64,000 bases of DNA from NCBI RefSeq assembly GCF_004010195.1, contig NC_057754.1, positions 2,137,238 to 2,201,237 on the forward strand, given 5' to 3'. Shown here in pieces: positions 39,838 to 51,799 of this stretch; position 1 is the first letter of the stretch, and each line of letters begins with the position of its first letter. The translations under genes and the position numbers were made by a program. The notes beneath the pieces are model-generated. The model saw only the letters and a program-made list of their open reading frames with translations, had not been told where the DNA came from and ran no database searches. This stretch comes from Chiloscyllium plagiosum (taxonomy: Eukaryota).

Positions 39838-40190
39838 TTAGGGTGTAGGTTTGCTCGCTGAGCTGTAGGTTTGATATCCAGACGTTTCGTTACCTGGCAA
39901 GGTAACATCATCAGTGGCGACCTCCAAGTGAAGCGAAGCTGTTGTCTCCTGCTTTCTACTTATATCTTTCTCCTGGATGGGGTTCCTGGGGTTTGTGGTG
40001 ATGTCATTTCCTGTTCGTTTTCTGAGGGGTTGATAGATGGCATCTAGATCTATGTGCTTGTTTATGGCGTTATGGTTGTAGTACCAGGCCTCTAGGAATT
40101 CTCTGGCATGTCTTTGCTTAGCCTGCCCCAGGATAGATGTGTTGTCCCAGTCGAAATGGTGGGTTTTTTTTCATCCATGTGTGTGGCTAT
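39838..40190 (-). mobile_element. PLE (Penelope/Poseidon-like) 3' end with GIY-YIG C-terminus
   Basis: My minus-strand translation HHFDWDNTSILGQAKQRHAREFLEAWYYNHNAINKHIDL..., open from 40161 to the TAA at 39838. Confidence 0.88.
39878..39917 (-). ncRNA. Minimal type I hammerhead ribozyme motif
   Basis: CCA-CUGAUGA-U-GUUACCU-UGCC-AGGUAAC-GAAAC-GUC-UGG: all core nucleotides, 3 bp stem I, 7 bp stem II, palindromic ACGU stem III. Confidence 0.85.
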
Positions 40191-41344
40191 TTTCTAGGGC
40201 AATTAGGGATTGGCACAAATGCCAGTAATGTCTCAAACAAGAATAAAGAAAAAATGATATGGAATCTGTTGGATAGAGAAACATTTCACCACAGTTTGTC
40301 ATCTTATTTTGTTGCTTATTTACTATTTTTGCTGTTCTGTATTCTTTCCTTTCCTGAAGTTTCGAACTGGCCACATTCCAGTTAACTTCCAGGAGCTTGC
40401 AGGGACAATTATTATTTGTTTAAGAAGTGTTGGCATGTGTGCACTTTCAGTCAGGATGGCTAAATAGTGCTAATCTATGGGTAACCTGGCTGATCTATCT
40501 CTCTCCAACCCTCGACCATGAATCCAACTAACAGCTAACTCAGTACAACCCAGGAAAGTAGCTTGTATAAACTAAGTAGACTGTTAGGGAGTTTGAAGTC
40601 TACTTCATGGCTTTTGGAGATTCTCCAAATTAAATGGTGAGGGAGAGGGGGTTCAATACTATTCTGAAGGAATATGAGACAGCAATGTCTTGTGGATGTG
40701 GCAATAATTAATATTGAGATGAAAAAGATTTATCTGAAATCGAGTTACAACAACATTTTTTTGTTTTTCATTTGTTTAACCACAGGGAATATCCCACCTA
40801 ACTGTGAAATGAATCATGATGTTGCATATTGATGTTTTTGCCATTGTTTAGTAAACTTACATCAGTAATTACTTGGAGTTCACTGTTCATAAAGCCCCCC
40901 TGCCCCAGGCAGTATTTTCAGCATCAGGTCAATATGGAAGCTAATTAGCTGCAGTTTACTGCAGATTCATTTCTACATTCAGAATATTGATGGATCCAGT
41001 GGAGTTGAACAGGAAGAATATTACTTAGAAATGTATTGTCAAGTTAGAAATGGGTTGTTCCACTTTTGAGGAAAATGCGTTTTTCTAAAACTTGACATGG
41101 TTTTGAGACTCTAAATGACCAGCCAATATCTGTGGCTGCCGAACATGGTATTGCATGCATCAAGTGGGTTACTGCTTCTCCTAATGTCATGAATAGCTAT
41201 CACATGAGTGTACCAAGCTTTAACCTGCCAACTTCACCTGCAGCCTTGATTATTGGTCAGTCAGGCAGATCTGAGACTGTTCAAAGATACTCTGAAACCT
41301 TTTGATGCATGGCAGCAGTAATAGTCCATGGAATTTGTTAACCA

Positions 41345-41610
41345 TCATTCAAAGTTAAAATCACACAATACTAGACTGTAGTCCAACAGGTTTATTTGGA
41401 TGTAAAGCTTTTGGAGTGCTGCTTCTTTGTCAGGTGGCCAGTGGGGCAGGATCATAGGACACAGAATTTATAGTAGCTACCCACACTAACTACCGGATGA
41501 AGGAGCAGCGCTCCGAAAGCTTGTGCTTCCAAATAGATTTGGACTGTAACCTGATGTATGATTTTTAACTTTGTCCACTCAATCCAACACCGGCACCTCC
41601 ACATCATTCA
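41345..41610. mobile_element. Older hairpin PLE insertion (family of 56128-56340)
   Basis: aaagttaaaatcacac... / ...gatttttaacttt arms; core ccggatgaaggagcagcgctccgaaagcttgtg with U4 mutated. Confidence 0.85.
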
Positions 41611-42490
41611 AATGGCAACAATTGTCCATCAAGCTACATCACACTAAAATTATCGAGCCCCTTCATAGTCTTAAAGATTTCCATCTGTTCCCAATTCAGT
41701 CTTTGCTTTTCTAGAAAAAAAGTGCCCCAGGCTGTTCAACTTTTGCTGTGAGTTAAATGTTTTAAATTCTTGTGAATCTGTGTGGCACCTTCTCTCCAGT
41801 GCCTCTGTTATCTTTCCTAATTGGAGATCACAGATGTTGCCGGAACTCCCTGTGTGGTCGAACTTGAGTTCTAATAATGTCTTAATGATGAACAGAGTAA
41901 GGGCATAGAAGGAGAGAAAAGCAAGTAAATATTGCAATCAGGATACCACTACCTTGTGAGACATCTTTCTCATGTGCCTACATGTCTGTGAATCGAGAAT
42001 TACCCTCTTCTGTCCCATAAAGACTACGCAATAAACTTGTAACTCTAAATTGACATCATCCTTAAACCCAGGGACAGCCAACATTAAGCTGTTATTTCAT
42101 GGATTGCATGCCTACAGGATGATTAGTGTCAACATCTTTTCTGCTACTGATGTAAGATTAGTAAATGACTTGCATTTGCACAGCACCTTTAACACAAGAC
42201 ATTTAGTAGGGGTGTTATTTCAACCAAATTTGACACCATATCATAAAGAGTGATGTTCAGGGCCAGTGGCACAAGAGTCAGGTTTAACTAAACGACAGTC
42301 AGGTGGGGTCTCTGGAAACCAGGGCCTAGGCAAGTGAAGACACTACCTTACTTACAGGTGTATGATTGCAGCTAGAGTCGCCTTAGTTCAATATGACTTA
42401 AACCTATATTTAGCCATACTGTTTGCCACAAGTCACTGGGAACCTGAAAAAATTTAACTGTGTATGCTTGTATTATTAACTGGTAAGGTG

Positions 42491-43226
42491 GTTACTCACT
42501 TGGTAAGGTGGGTCCCAGTGCCTCTAACTCGCTCATGGATACTCACCTGGTAAGGTGGGTCCCAGTGCCTCTAAAGGCCTCCTGGATACTCACCTGGTAA
42601 GGTGGGTCCCAGTGCCTCTAACCAACTCATGGATACTCACCTGGTAAGGTGGGTCCCAGTGCCTCTAACGGCCTCCTGGATACTCACCTGGTAAGGTGGG
42701 TCCCAGTGCCTCTAACCAGCTCCTGGATACTCACCTGGTAAGGTGGGTCCCAGTGCCTCTAACTGCCTCCTGGATACTCACCTGGCAATGTGGGTCCCAG
42801 TGCCTCTAACCAGCTCATGGATACTCACATGGTAAGGTGGGTCCTAGTGCCTCTAACCTCCCTATGGATACTCACCTGGTAAGGTGGGTCCCAGTGCCTC
42901 TAACCAGCTCATGGATACTCACATGGTAAGGTGGGTCCCAGTGCCTCTAACCTCCCCATGGATACTCACCTGGTAAGGTGGGTCCCAGTGCCTCTAACGG
43001 CCTCCTGGATACTCACCTGGCAATGTGGGTCCCAGTGCCTCTAACCAGCTCATGGATACTCACATGGTAAGGTGGGTCCCAGTGCCTCTAACCTCCCCAT
43101 GGATACTCATCTGGTAAGGTGGGTGCCAGTGCCTCTAACCAGCTCTTGGATACTCACCTGGTAAGGTGGGTCCCAGTGCCCCTAACGGCCTCCTGGATAC
43201 TCACCTGGTAAGGTGGGTCCCAGTGC
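42491..43226. repeat. 47 bp minisatellite, about 15.7 copies
   Basis: Unit gatactcacctggtaaggtgggtcccagtgcctctaacNNNctcWtg; exact 47 bp phase (42538, 42585 ... 42961 ... 43196). Confidence 0.97.
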
Positions 43227-43847
43227 TCTGAAGACTTATTGAAAAACTCTTGCCTGTTAAGTGGGTCACAATGGTAGGAACATGGAAAATAGAACAGGAG
43301 TAGGCAATTTGTCCCCTTTAGCCTGCTCCACCATTGATTTTCATCATGGCTGATCCTCTAACTTAATGTGGGTTCAAAGTTGGCAATACATCATCGTCCC
43401 ATTCCTGAGATTGGCAAGCTGCTCCTGCTATTAATGATTGCAGGTACAGAATCTGCATAATCATTGTTGAGCAAAGCTTCTGATTCCTGTATTGTCCAAT
43501 GATATATCCAAAAACATCATTTGTTTCAAGAGAAAGCAAAATATGAGATATTGTAGCTTGTATCTAGTTTATAAACAATGTGATAGAGATAGCAGCTCAG
43601 TGCTGTTTATATTCTAGCACTGTAATAGAAAAGTAAATGAATGATTTTATATTTAATAACAACAACAAGATTGAAACACTAGGACCTTTTGAAGTTTATC
43701 TCTTAACAAACCTTCGAGTCTCGCCTCCAACCTACCTTTTGACTTTGCTATCTCCCCATCACCTGGCAAACTGTTTTGATGGTTATTCATCTTTTGAGTA
43801 TGGAATTTGTTGTGTACTAATGTTGAAGTGGAATAGGGTCTAATTCA

Positions 43848-43944
43848 TTCCTAATGAAGGGCCTTTGCCCGAAATGTCAATTTTCTCTACTCCTTGGATG
43901 CTGTCTGACCTGGTGTGCTTTTCCAGCACCACTCTAATCTTGAC
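43848..43944 (+). mobile_element. PLE mini-insertion starting at a decayed hammerhead
   Basis: ctaatgaagggcctttgcccgaaatgtc; possible 9 bp TSD tctaattca (43839-43847, 43945-43953). Confidence 0.75.
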
Positions 43945-44524
43945 TCTAATTCACATGCGGGTGTGTGTGGGCTACTGTGTATACTTTCTGAAGCTCAGTG
44001 TCAATGGTTCAGTCCATTCACAATTTGCTTTGATTGGGGAAAGCTACAAGCTGCTTGTAAGCAGAACTATTGACTGCTCCACAGAAATCTACTTAAATTG
44101 AGCATGGTATTGATACAAGCTGACATGCCTTTGAGACATGCTGAGTGACAAATGAGGAGGCTGACGCATTACACATCAGTTACACCCAGCTTATGGCAAG
44201 GAGCAGCAGCATTAAATTGTGTTCCGCACTCTGCTGGGAGACATCTGGTCTTCTGCTATCGTCAGATTGGACACCTTTCCACACATTACCAGACGCATAC
44301 TTTGTGGACTGGGCTGAAGCAGCTGTGTGTCCAGCCCACAGATGAAGTTGCATTTAGAATGTTGTCTCCGGTACTCAGATTGTACTGTGATACAGCGATG
44401 GAGGCTGTGTGCTTTACAGTTTGACTTTGAAGTAAGGAAGTAGAGAAAGGTGCCCAGGCTCTCACAAAAGGAGGGAATTATCTGTTCCTCCAACTGAAAG
44501 TAATAAAGAAAAATATATAGTGGA

Positions 44525-45092
44525 GGTGCTGGTGTAGTGGGAATGTCACTAGACTAGCAATCTGGGAACGCAACCAATGTTCTGGGACATGCTTTCAAAT
44601 CCCACCAAGGTAGAAGGTGAAATTTGAATTCAATAAATCTAGGAATTAAAAAGCTAGCCCACTTGATGGAATAACTCCACAAAGACTGGTATCCCAAGTC
44701 ACCCTTTATGTACACATGGAGAGTCCATGACACTGATCCAGCTCCCTCAGAGCCAGCTGTTAGAGTGAACAGAACCTCTGACACCCCTGTTTATATCTGT
44801 CAGCCAGGACTCCCTGATTGGACAAGAATGACAGGCCCAATCAGAGAACTCATTTTCTATAAGGCTGACCTTATTACAATCACTGCACTGGCAACCATGT
44901 AACCACAGTGAACTGTCATTAAAAAAAACCCAAATGGCCCTTTGGGGAAGGAAATCTGCCAAGGTTACATGGTCTGGCCTACATTTGATTCCAGACCCAT
45001 TGCAATGTGATTAATTCTTGAATGTCCTCTAGGCAATTCAGAATAGGCATTAAATATTGGCTGAGCCAGCCATGCCCACATCCCGTGAATGG
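44525..45092 (+). mobile_element. Shark tRNA-derived SINE, full length, interrupted by a solo LTR
   Basis: tggtgtagtgg (A box), tttcaaatccc (B box), tail gcccacatcccgtgaatg. Confidence 0.75.
44667..44887 (-). mobile_element. Putative solo LTR (~220 bp)
   Basis: TG...CA termini; reverse complement is homologous to 45761-45979. Confidence 0.6.
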
Positions 45093-45097
45093 ATCAT

Positions 45098-45240
45098 CCA
45101 TTTATATAGCACCTTTCATGATCTATAGGATACCCAAAAATGTTTCACAGCCAATACCGAGTGTAGTCACTGTTGTAATGTAGGAAATACAGCAGTCTGT
45201 TCACACGCAGAAAGATTCTATGCAGTTGTGAAGAAATGAT
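45098..45240 (-). mobile_element. Deu-domain SINE 3' part
   Basis: catttatatagcacctttcatg...gtgtagtcactgttgtaatgtaggaaa. Confidence 0.7.
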
Positions 45241-45371
45241 CAAAATTTAAGGAAACAGTGACCAAATGGTAATATCACTGGATTCAATATCCAAAGATTC
45301 TGATCTAAGGACATGGCTTCACCATGGCAGCTGATGGGAATTCAATTTAACTCACTAAAATTAGAATTGAG

Positions 45372-45650
45372 TGGCTCTTGCAGTGCAATGGTTGTATCCC
45401 TATCTCTGAGAGGAGACTCAGTTTCAAGTTCTACCTGCCCCCATGAGGCGTAATAACATCTTTAAACAGGTTGATTTTAAAAAATCTATAAATTACACCA
45501 GTACAATAAACTTTTTTAAAAATGGCATTGAATGCCTTTTGTCGCGCAATGGCAGTGTCCCTACCTCTGAGAGAAGAGAGCTGGGTTTAAGTCCCACCCC
45601 TTCCAGAGGTGTGTCATAGTATAGTAAAACAGATCAATTAGAAAATAGCC
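45372..45650 (+). mobile_element. Two tandem short tRNA-derived SINEs nested in another SINE
   Basis: gtgcaatggttgtatccctatctctgag and gcgcaatggcagtgtccctacctctgag heads; host SINE at 45255-45370 resumes at 45660. Confidence 0.6.
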
Positions 45651-45760
45651 AAAACTGGACTTGAAAGCTAGTCTCCGTGATGGTGACCATGAAACTATCA
45701 TCAACTCTTGTAAAAATCATCTAGTTCATTAGTGGCCTTCAGGAGAGGAAATCTGCCGTC

Positions 45761-45979
45761 TGTAGTGATTGTAATGAGGTCAGCCAACTGGACCTCATAG
45801 AACATGAGGTCCCTGATTGGGGCTGTTAATCTGCTCCAATCAGGGAGCCCCGGCTGACATAAAGAGTTTGAGTGGCAAGGATGCTGACACTCTGGTACCT
45901 GACACTGTATGAGGCAGTACTACAGTCAAGGAATGTCTGTCTGTGAACAAAGGCTGCCTTGGTGACAGCAGTTATTTCA
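45761..45979 (+). mobile_element. Putative solo LTR (~220 bp)
   Basis: tgtagtgattgtaat...gttatttca, TG...CA; near-TSD ccgtc/ctgtc; splits the SINE sequence aatctgccgtc|cttacc. Confidence 0.7.
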
Positions 45980-46479
45980 CTGTCCTTACCTATCTGGCCT
46001 ACACATGACTCCAGACCTGCAGTACAATAGTTGACTTTTAGCTGGCTTCTGCAATGGCCTCAGTGAGTACTCAGGTCAAGGGCAGTTATCAATGGGCAGT
46101 AAATACTGAAAAAATACAGAAAATACATCAATGTTGGTTGAGAAATAAGTAATAGTCAGATCAGTGGAGAGAAGAGAACCTCTTCTCTGCTTCAAAATAG
46201 TGATCTTGGGATCTTTTACGACCACCAGTGAGGGAAAGCAGTCGTGGTTTAATGCTTCTTCTGAAAGTTATCACCTTCAACAGTGCAGACTCACTCAGCC
46301 TATATTTTTGCTCAGATCTCTGGAATGGGTCTTAATGCACAATCCATTTTCTTCCTCTCTTGTACTGACAGGAAGTATGCCCTTACCATGGTAACGAATG
46401 CTTAAGACAGTGTTATTCTCACCCACTGTTTTATAAACCTCAACAACAGACATTCCTAGGTCAGGGCATAGCCTACTTA

Positions 46480-46720
46480 GTGTCAGAGACCTACAATACG
46501 GAAACAGACCCTTCGATCCAACTTGTCTATGCTGACCAGATATCATAAATTAATCTAGTCTCATTTGCCAGCATTTAGTCTATATCCCTCTGAACCCTGC
46601 CTATTCATATACCCATCCAGATGCCTTTCAAATGCTGTAATTGTACCAGCCTCCTCCACTTCCTCTGGCAGCCCATTTCACACACAGACCACCCTCTGCG
46701 TGAAAAAGTTGCCCCTTAGG
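46480..46720 (-). mobile_element. HER1/CR1 3' end
   Basis: Close to 20308-20552 (ggaaacagacccttcg...accaccctctgcgtgaaaaagttgccccttagg). Confidence 0.85.
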
Positions 46721-47089
46721 TTGATGCTTAGGAAACTCCCTCTGCACTACCCCTATTACAAATGGTTCTCACCATCCATTGTTGTGGCCAGTTTTATTCT
46801 ACAGAACCAATGTCTCACTGTATGAATGGGCAAAAAATCCTCTGCATCTCATTTTACTTTGCAGCAGGAAAAATCACTCATCTTGTCAACCAGAGCTGAA
46901 TTCATATTAAATTCTAGGCTGAAGTGAGCTTCCTAATGACCAAGGCATTCAGCTCTCAGGGCTTTCCACTTGTGGTTGGACAGGGGCAGCTATTTGAAGG
47001 CAAGGCCCATGGTCAAGAAGAGCACTGAGACATTACAGAGGGAGTTGGATAAAGGCTGGTGGCTAAACTTGCGGTGAGACTTAAGTGAT

Positions 47090-47292
47090 TATAAGCAGAG
47101 AGTGCTAGAGAATCTCAGCAGGTCTAGCAGCATCTGTCTGGAGAGAGAAATGTTTCAGGTCAGATATGACTTCTTCTATTGCAAAATGTTATCTCTTCCT
47201 TTCTCCATGGATGCCAGTAGACCTACTGAGTTTCTCCAGCAATTTCTGTTTTTTTTATTTAAGATTCCCAGCAATCACAGTAGTTTTCTTTT
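47090..47292. mobile_element. Degenerate hairpin PLE element
   Basis: ctcagcaggtctagcagcatct / gatgccagtagacctactgagtttctccagca inverted arms. Confidence 0.7.
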
Positions 47293-48384
47293 ATGATAGA
47301 GTTAGGTGATGTCAAGGTTAAGATATTAAAAACTTTAGGATGGAAGGGAACACTGAGGTGTGTCAGTTTAGAGATTCTAGGGGTTATTGTGTTTGAATTT
47401 GACAAGTGCTGGATTTCATTACTGAAGGTTTTCGTATGCCCACTCATGTTCCTTATAACCTGGCACTGGCACCTAAAAAATGGTTTGACAATTTTGGATC
47501 AGTAACACTTTGATTTTTTTTCCTTTTCTTAACATAAATATATTATTTCTATTGCTGATAGCTGTCTGCTGTCACCAATCTCAGTTTGGAATGATTATTG
47601 ATAATAGTCATTATTCCTCATTTGTAATTCTTTTCTATAATATTGGTCACAGTCTGATTCATGGGGGAAGATTGTATTTTTCACGGTCAATGCGTTTACA
47701 GTCTGGTATTACTTTAAAATTATTCTGGCACGACAAACTGTACCATCTCCGCACACTACAGTTCTCATTCCCTATTATTGTTGCTATTGTCATTGTGATG
47801 TAGATTTGTGTTTTTAAAAAAAAAACAGCCTGAATAATTACAATATTAAGGAAATATTATGTACGATCAGATGGAGTTTGGTAAGCCTGTCAGTTTGATT
47901 AATTATGTGTAATATAATTTGCCGTATGGCTTCATTGTCATTTACAATTACATGTACTTTTTTCATATAATTTAGACACCACTTTACTGACTTAAACCCA
48001 TGTTTTAACACATCGATGAAGCAGTATAATATTTAACTGTTAAAGCATTGTGCAGCTTGCAAAGAAGAGCAAGTAAGGGAGAAGTCAGGAAAGGATGGTT
48101 AGGTGAAATCACCATGGGTTTGAAGAACCTAGACGGTTGGAAGGTAGACTGACTCAGGGAATTTTGGAATACAGAATCCTAAGAAAGCAGAGAATAGTGA
48201 ATCAGCTGGTACAGAAATTGTTTAGCATAGAAAGGGACTATTCAGCCTTTCTGAAACCTCTCATTTTATCAATTAGTTTACCTCACTTCCTCTTTCCCTA
48301 TCACCCTATAGGTTCATTTTTCCTTTTTTGGATATCCATTCCCTTTTGAAAGTCACTGTTGAAATGATCACTACCACTCTTTGT

Positions 48385-48694
48385 GGGTGGCACGGTGGCA
48401 CAGTGGTTAGCACTGCTGCCTCACAGCGCCAGAGACCTGGGTTCAATTCCCGCCTCAGGCGACTGTGTGGAGTTTGCACGTTCTCCCCGTGTCTGCGTGG
48501 GTTTCCTCCGGGTGCTCCGGTTTCCTCCCACAGTCCAAAGATGTGCAGGTCAGGTGAATTGGCCATGCTAAATTGCCCGTAGTGTTAGGTAAGGGGTAAA
48601 TGTAGGGGTATGGGTGGATTGTGCTTCGGCAGGTCGGTGTGGACTTGTTGGGCGAAGGGCCTGTTTCCACACTGTAATGTAATCTAATCTAATC
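48385..48694 (+). mobile_element. HE1 V-SINE, full length, young
   Basis: Nearly identical to 16511-16824; A box tggcacagtgg, B box ggttcaattcc. Confidence 0.95.
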
Positions 48695-49439
48695 TTTCAG
48701 GCCGCATGGCCCAGGTTGTAAAACTTGTAGATATTACGATGGGGTATTGGTGAGATTTTGGTTGTTGCAGCTAAAATTAATGTCTTCATTAGAAATGAAG
48801 TTTAAATTCAGCCTAAATGATCTGTCATAGTTCAAAATGGTGGTGCAGTTTGACATCTGGACAGAATTTAGCATTGGTCAGGACAAAAAGACTTCCTTTG
48901 TGGAAGTCATGACGTAGGTTGCAACACTTCTAGAAAGTATTAGCATTCATTTTGGGGGCTGACCTTTGCGAATTGAGTCAGGAGGAACAATGTTCACCCC
49001 CATGTGCTGACAACATTCCATCCACACATCATTTTCCCAGAGGTGAATCAGCAGGGGACCAGAGACAGGCAACAAATGCTTGCCGGCGGACGACACCCAT
49101 GCCCCACGAGTTAATAAACTGAAAGTAGATAACTTAGGTGAGCAAATTGCCCATTAAGTCAGAGCTTGAGTGGAATTTTTCAGGTGACCTTCAGCATCCC
49201 TTCAGCCAAGACATTGGAAACTTGACCAGCTGCCTAGAGGCAGCCATCTTGACGCAGCAAAGAAGGGTTGGAGGTGGGAACGGTGTCAGTGCTTTGGCAG
49301 GCTTTGAGACCCTTCTCTCCTGTCTGGTTACAGCCATGAATGCAGTGTGCCTTGAGGAGGGACATTGGCTACCCAGCTACTGCAATCATTTATTTTAAAC
49401 CTTTCTAAGTTGCAGAGAATGTGTCACAAGATGTAGATG

Positions 49440-49486
49440 CCCCCCCCCCACCCCTCCCTCGCTCTCTCTCTCTCTCTCTCTCCCTC
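49440..49486. repeat. poly-C and (CT)n
   Basis: cccccccccc...ctctctctctctctctctctccc. Confidence 0.85.
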
Positions 49487-51314
49487 ACCCAAATGGCAGG
49501 TTTCTGCTTATTCAGAGCTGGACGGCTTCTTAGTGGTCTTGCAACTTTAAAAAGCCTACATTGTCCACCTTAATTTTGATCAGCTTAAGGGAAATTCAGG
49601 GCACAGTGACATTTGTCCCGTGCATGGGTGTCTTGATCGCTATTTGATCCCCACGTTGAGGTCCTGGCTCAACACCCAAATCCAGCTTGACGTATTTTAT
49701 CCTGTATTTGATTGATGCCTGCGGGACTGAACTGTTATAAATATAGTCATTGGCTCAAAAGTTCAATAAATCGAAGTTTTTGATAAAGTAGGATGTAGAG
49801 TAAGTTGGAAGGGAAGTGAATCAACAAGTAAATAAACTCAGACAGCGTGCGGTGCAAACTCTGAAAAATCCACTTGCCTATTTTGTTCATTCTATGCAGC
49901 AGTAAATAGGCTGTAGGCGAATGCCTATATTGCGAGGAAGGACGAATAGGCTGGAGTTTGAACAGAACCTAGTTCCTTCAAATCCATAAAAAAATATATT
50001 ATTCCATATTACAAAGAGATGATATTCTCTTTCAAATAACTGCATGCAGGCGAAAAAGGAATTAGAAATAGGTCATTAATGTCGGAGTCAGCTCAGAGGA
50101 GAGTGAACTGTTTGTCTGATTCATTGTTGAATTGTGTCTTGCAGTGATACACACCCTCTCTTTCTCTCTCCTTTCCACGTGTAAAATGCATATGAAAAGT
50201 CAAACAGCAGCAAGGAGGACTTAAAATGCTAAAATCCACTTTGTATTCAGATTATTGCAGTAGAAAGTCATTCGTCTTGAAGATAATCTTTTCCATCTAA
50301 AATTAATTTTGGCCTTTTGTGTTCTGCTGATGAAATGAATATTTCAGCTGAAAAGTTATTCCTGCCATTAATCTTGAATTAAAATATATCCCAGTTATTG
50401 TTCAATCCTAGATTTGGGGAACTTTGGTTGTATCAGCAGGTTTAAAAGTAGTCTAGGTTTCTCACGATGGGTGATGAATGTGTTAGAATTTTAATCCAGA
50501 GTCTGTTCATCAAGAGACTACAAATATGCTACTGGTTACAGTCATGACTACAGCTTGCCTTGAGGAGGGATATTATTCTATGCATGGTCTTTGGCCTTTA
50601 GGTTATCTTGAGTCTGGTCAAGGACCCACACTTGAGCTTGAACATGAAGGATAAAATTTTTGCCTGAGAATTTCCTCAAAACTGCACCGACTTCCGTCCT
50701 AGATTTTAGCCTGAGATTTACCACAGAAACCAGATTCCTGCTTGACTGTGCGAGGGCCAGGAATACTTCCCAGAAGATCGCCAGGGCTCCAAGCGAGCTA
50801 TCTTCAGATTTTACATTGTACTATGGGATCTTTCATATCCATCAGGATAAATTTGCTGGATTTTGTCTTAAATTTTAATTCAGAGGATATTTTGCCATGA
50901 TCTTTTAAATTTTTTGTTTAACTTATTTTTTTCCTAATCGGCCTTTTCAGAGGTTTGTCACACACCTCTGGAAGAGGTGGGACTTGGATCTAGGTCTCCC
51001 TGTCCAGGGACAGGGTCACAACCGCTACATCATAAGAGGGCCCTAACCTTGATATTTACAGGGACACTGATAACGTGTGGCAGTTCTGACAGGTCACGGA
51101 CATGATGGACTTTAATGGCAGGACAGTGTATGGACCTGGTCACATGTTTAAATTCAACCCTGCCTTCCTTCCTGTGGGTGTCATGCTCACCAGATAAGAG
51201 AGTTGAGACATAACAAGAAGGTAATGGCATTACTGGCCTCATTTTAACTGACCCCTCTCCTACTTAACGCCCGGTAGGGCAGTTAACATTGCGGGTCTTA
51301 ATTTCTCATGATCA

Positions 51315-51390
51315 CCCATAACCTGTGTGTGTTGTTCCACACCCATAACCTGTGTGTGTTGTTCCACAGCCATAACCTGTGTGTGTTGTT
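51315..51390. repeat. 27 bp tandem repeat, about 2.8 copies
   Basis: cccataacctgtgtgtgttgttccaca at 51315, 51342 and (partial) 51369. Confidence 0.9.
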
Positions 51391-51799
51391 TAAAATGCTG
51401 GTCTCTCAATGCAACAGTTTCAATTGTGAATGACCACTCTGCCTCAGGACTCTTTCAAATCATTTGCTGATTTGCAAGATTCCGATTAATGTTTTATTCT
51501 CTCTGTTGATTTTATTGGAACGTTCGTATTTAATTGGTTCAATTTAATATCATTAGGTGAATAGGTTGAAAGGATTGTTGAGCCTGTCCATGTAAGGGAC
51601 CTACACTCTTTTGAGAAAGTACTGTCGATGAAGCATACTGTGTTAATGACTGTAACTACTAATTGTAATTATCTTCTCTAATACTTTCAGACACAGTGGG
51701 GCTGAAATTAATAATACTTAGGAACTCGCACTAATTTCCTCTTTATCATCACAGTGTCTCAAAATGCTTCACACAATGAAGGAAAGGGAAATTTTTCCA

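Noticed and set aside
42491..43226. CRISPR-like array (constant repeat plus variable part)
   Set aside because: The variable part is only ~8 nt, related between units and recurrent; no cas genes; vertebrate context. It is a minisatellite.
42491..43226. U1 snRNA gene cluster
   Set aside because: Similarity is limited to the first 12-14 nt; no U1 stem-loops or Sm site.
48306..48670. ORFs such as MGGTVAQWLALLPHSARD and DCGRKPEHPEETHADTGRTCKLH
   Set aside because: Chance translations of the HE1 SINE, repeated at each copy (6373, 9890, 16411).
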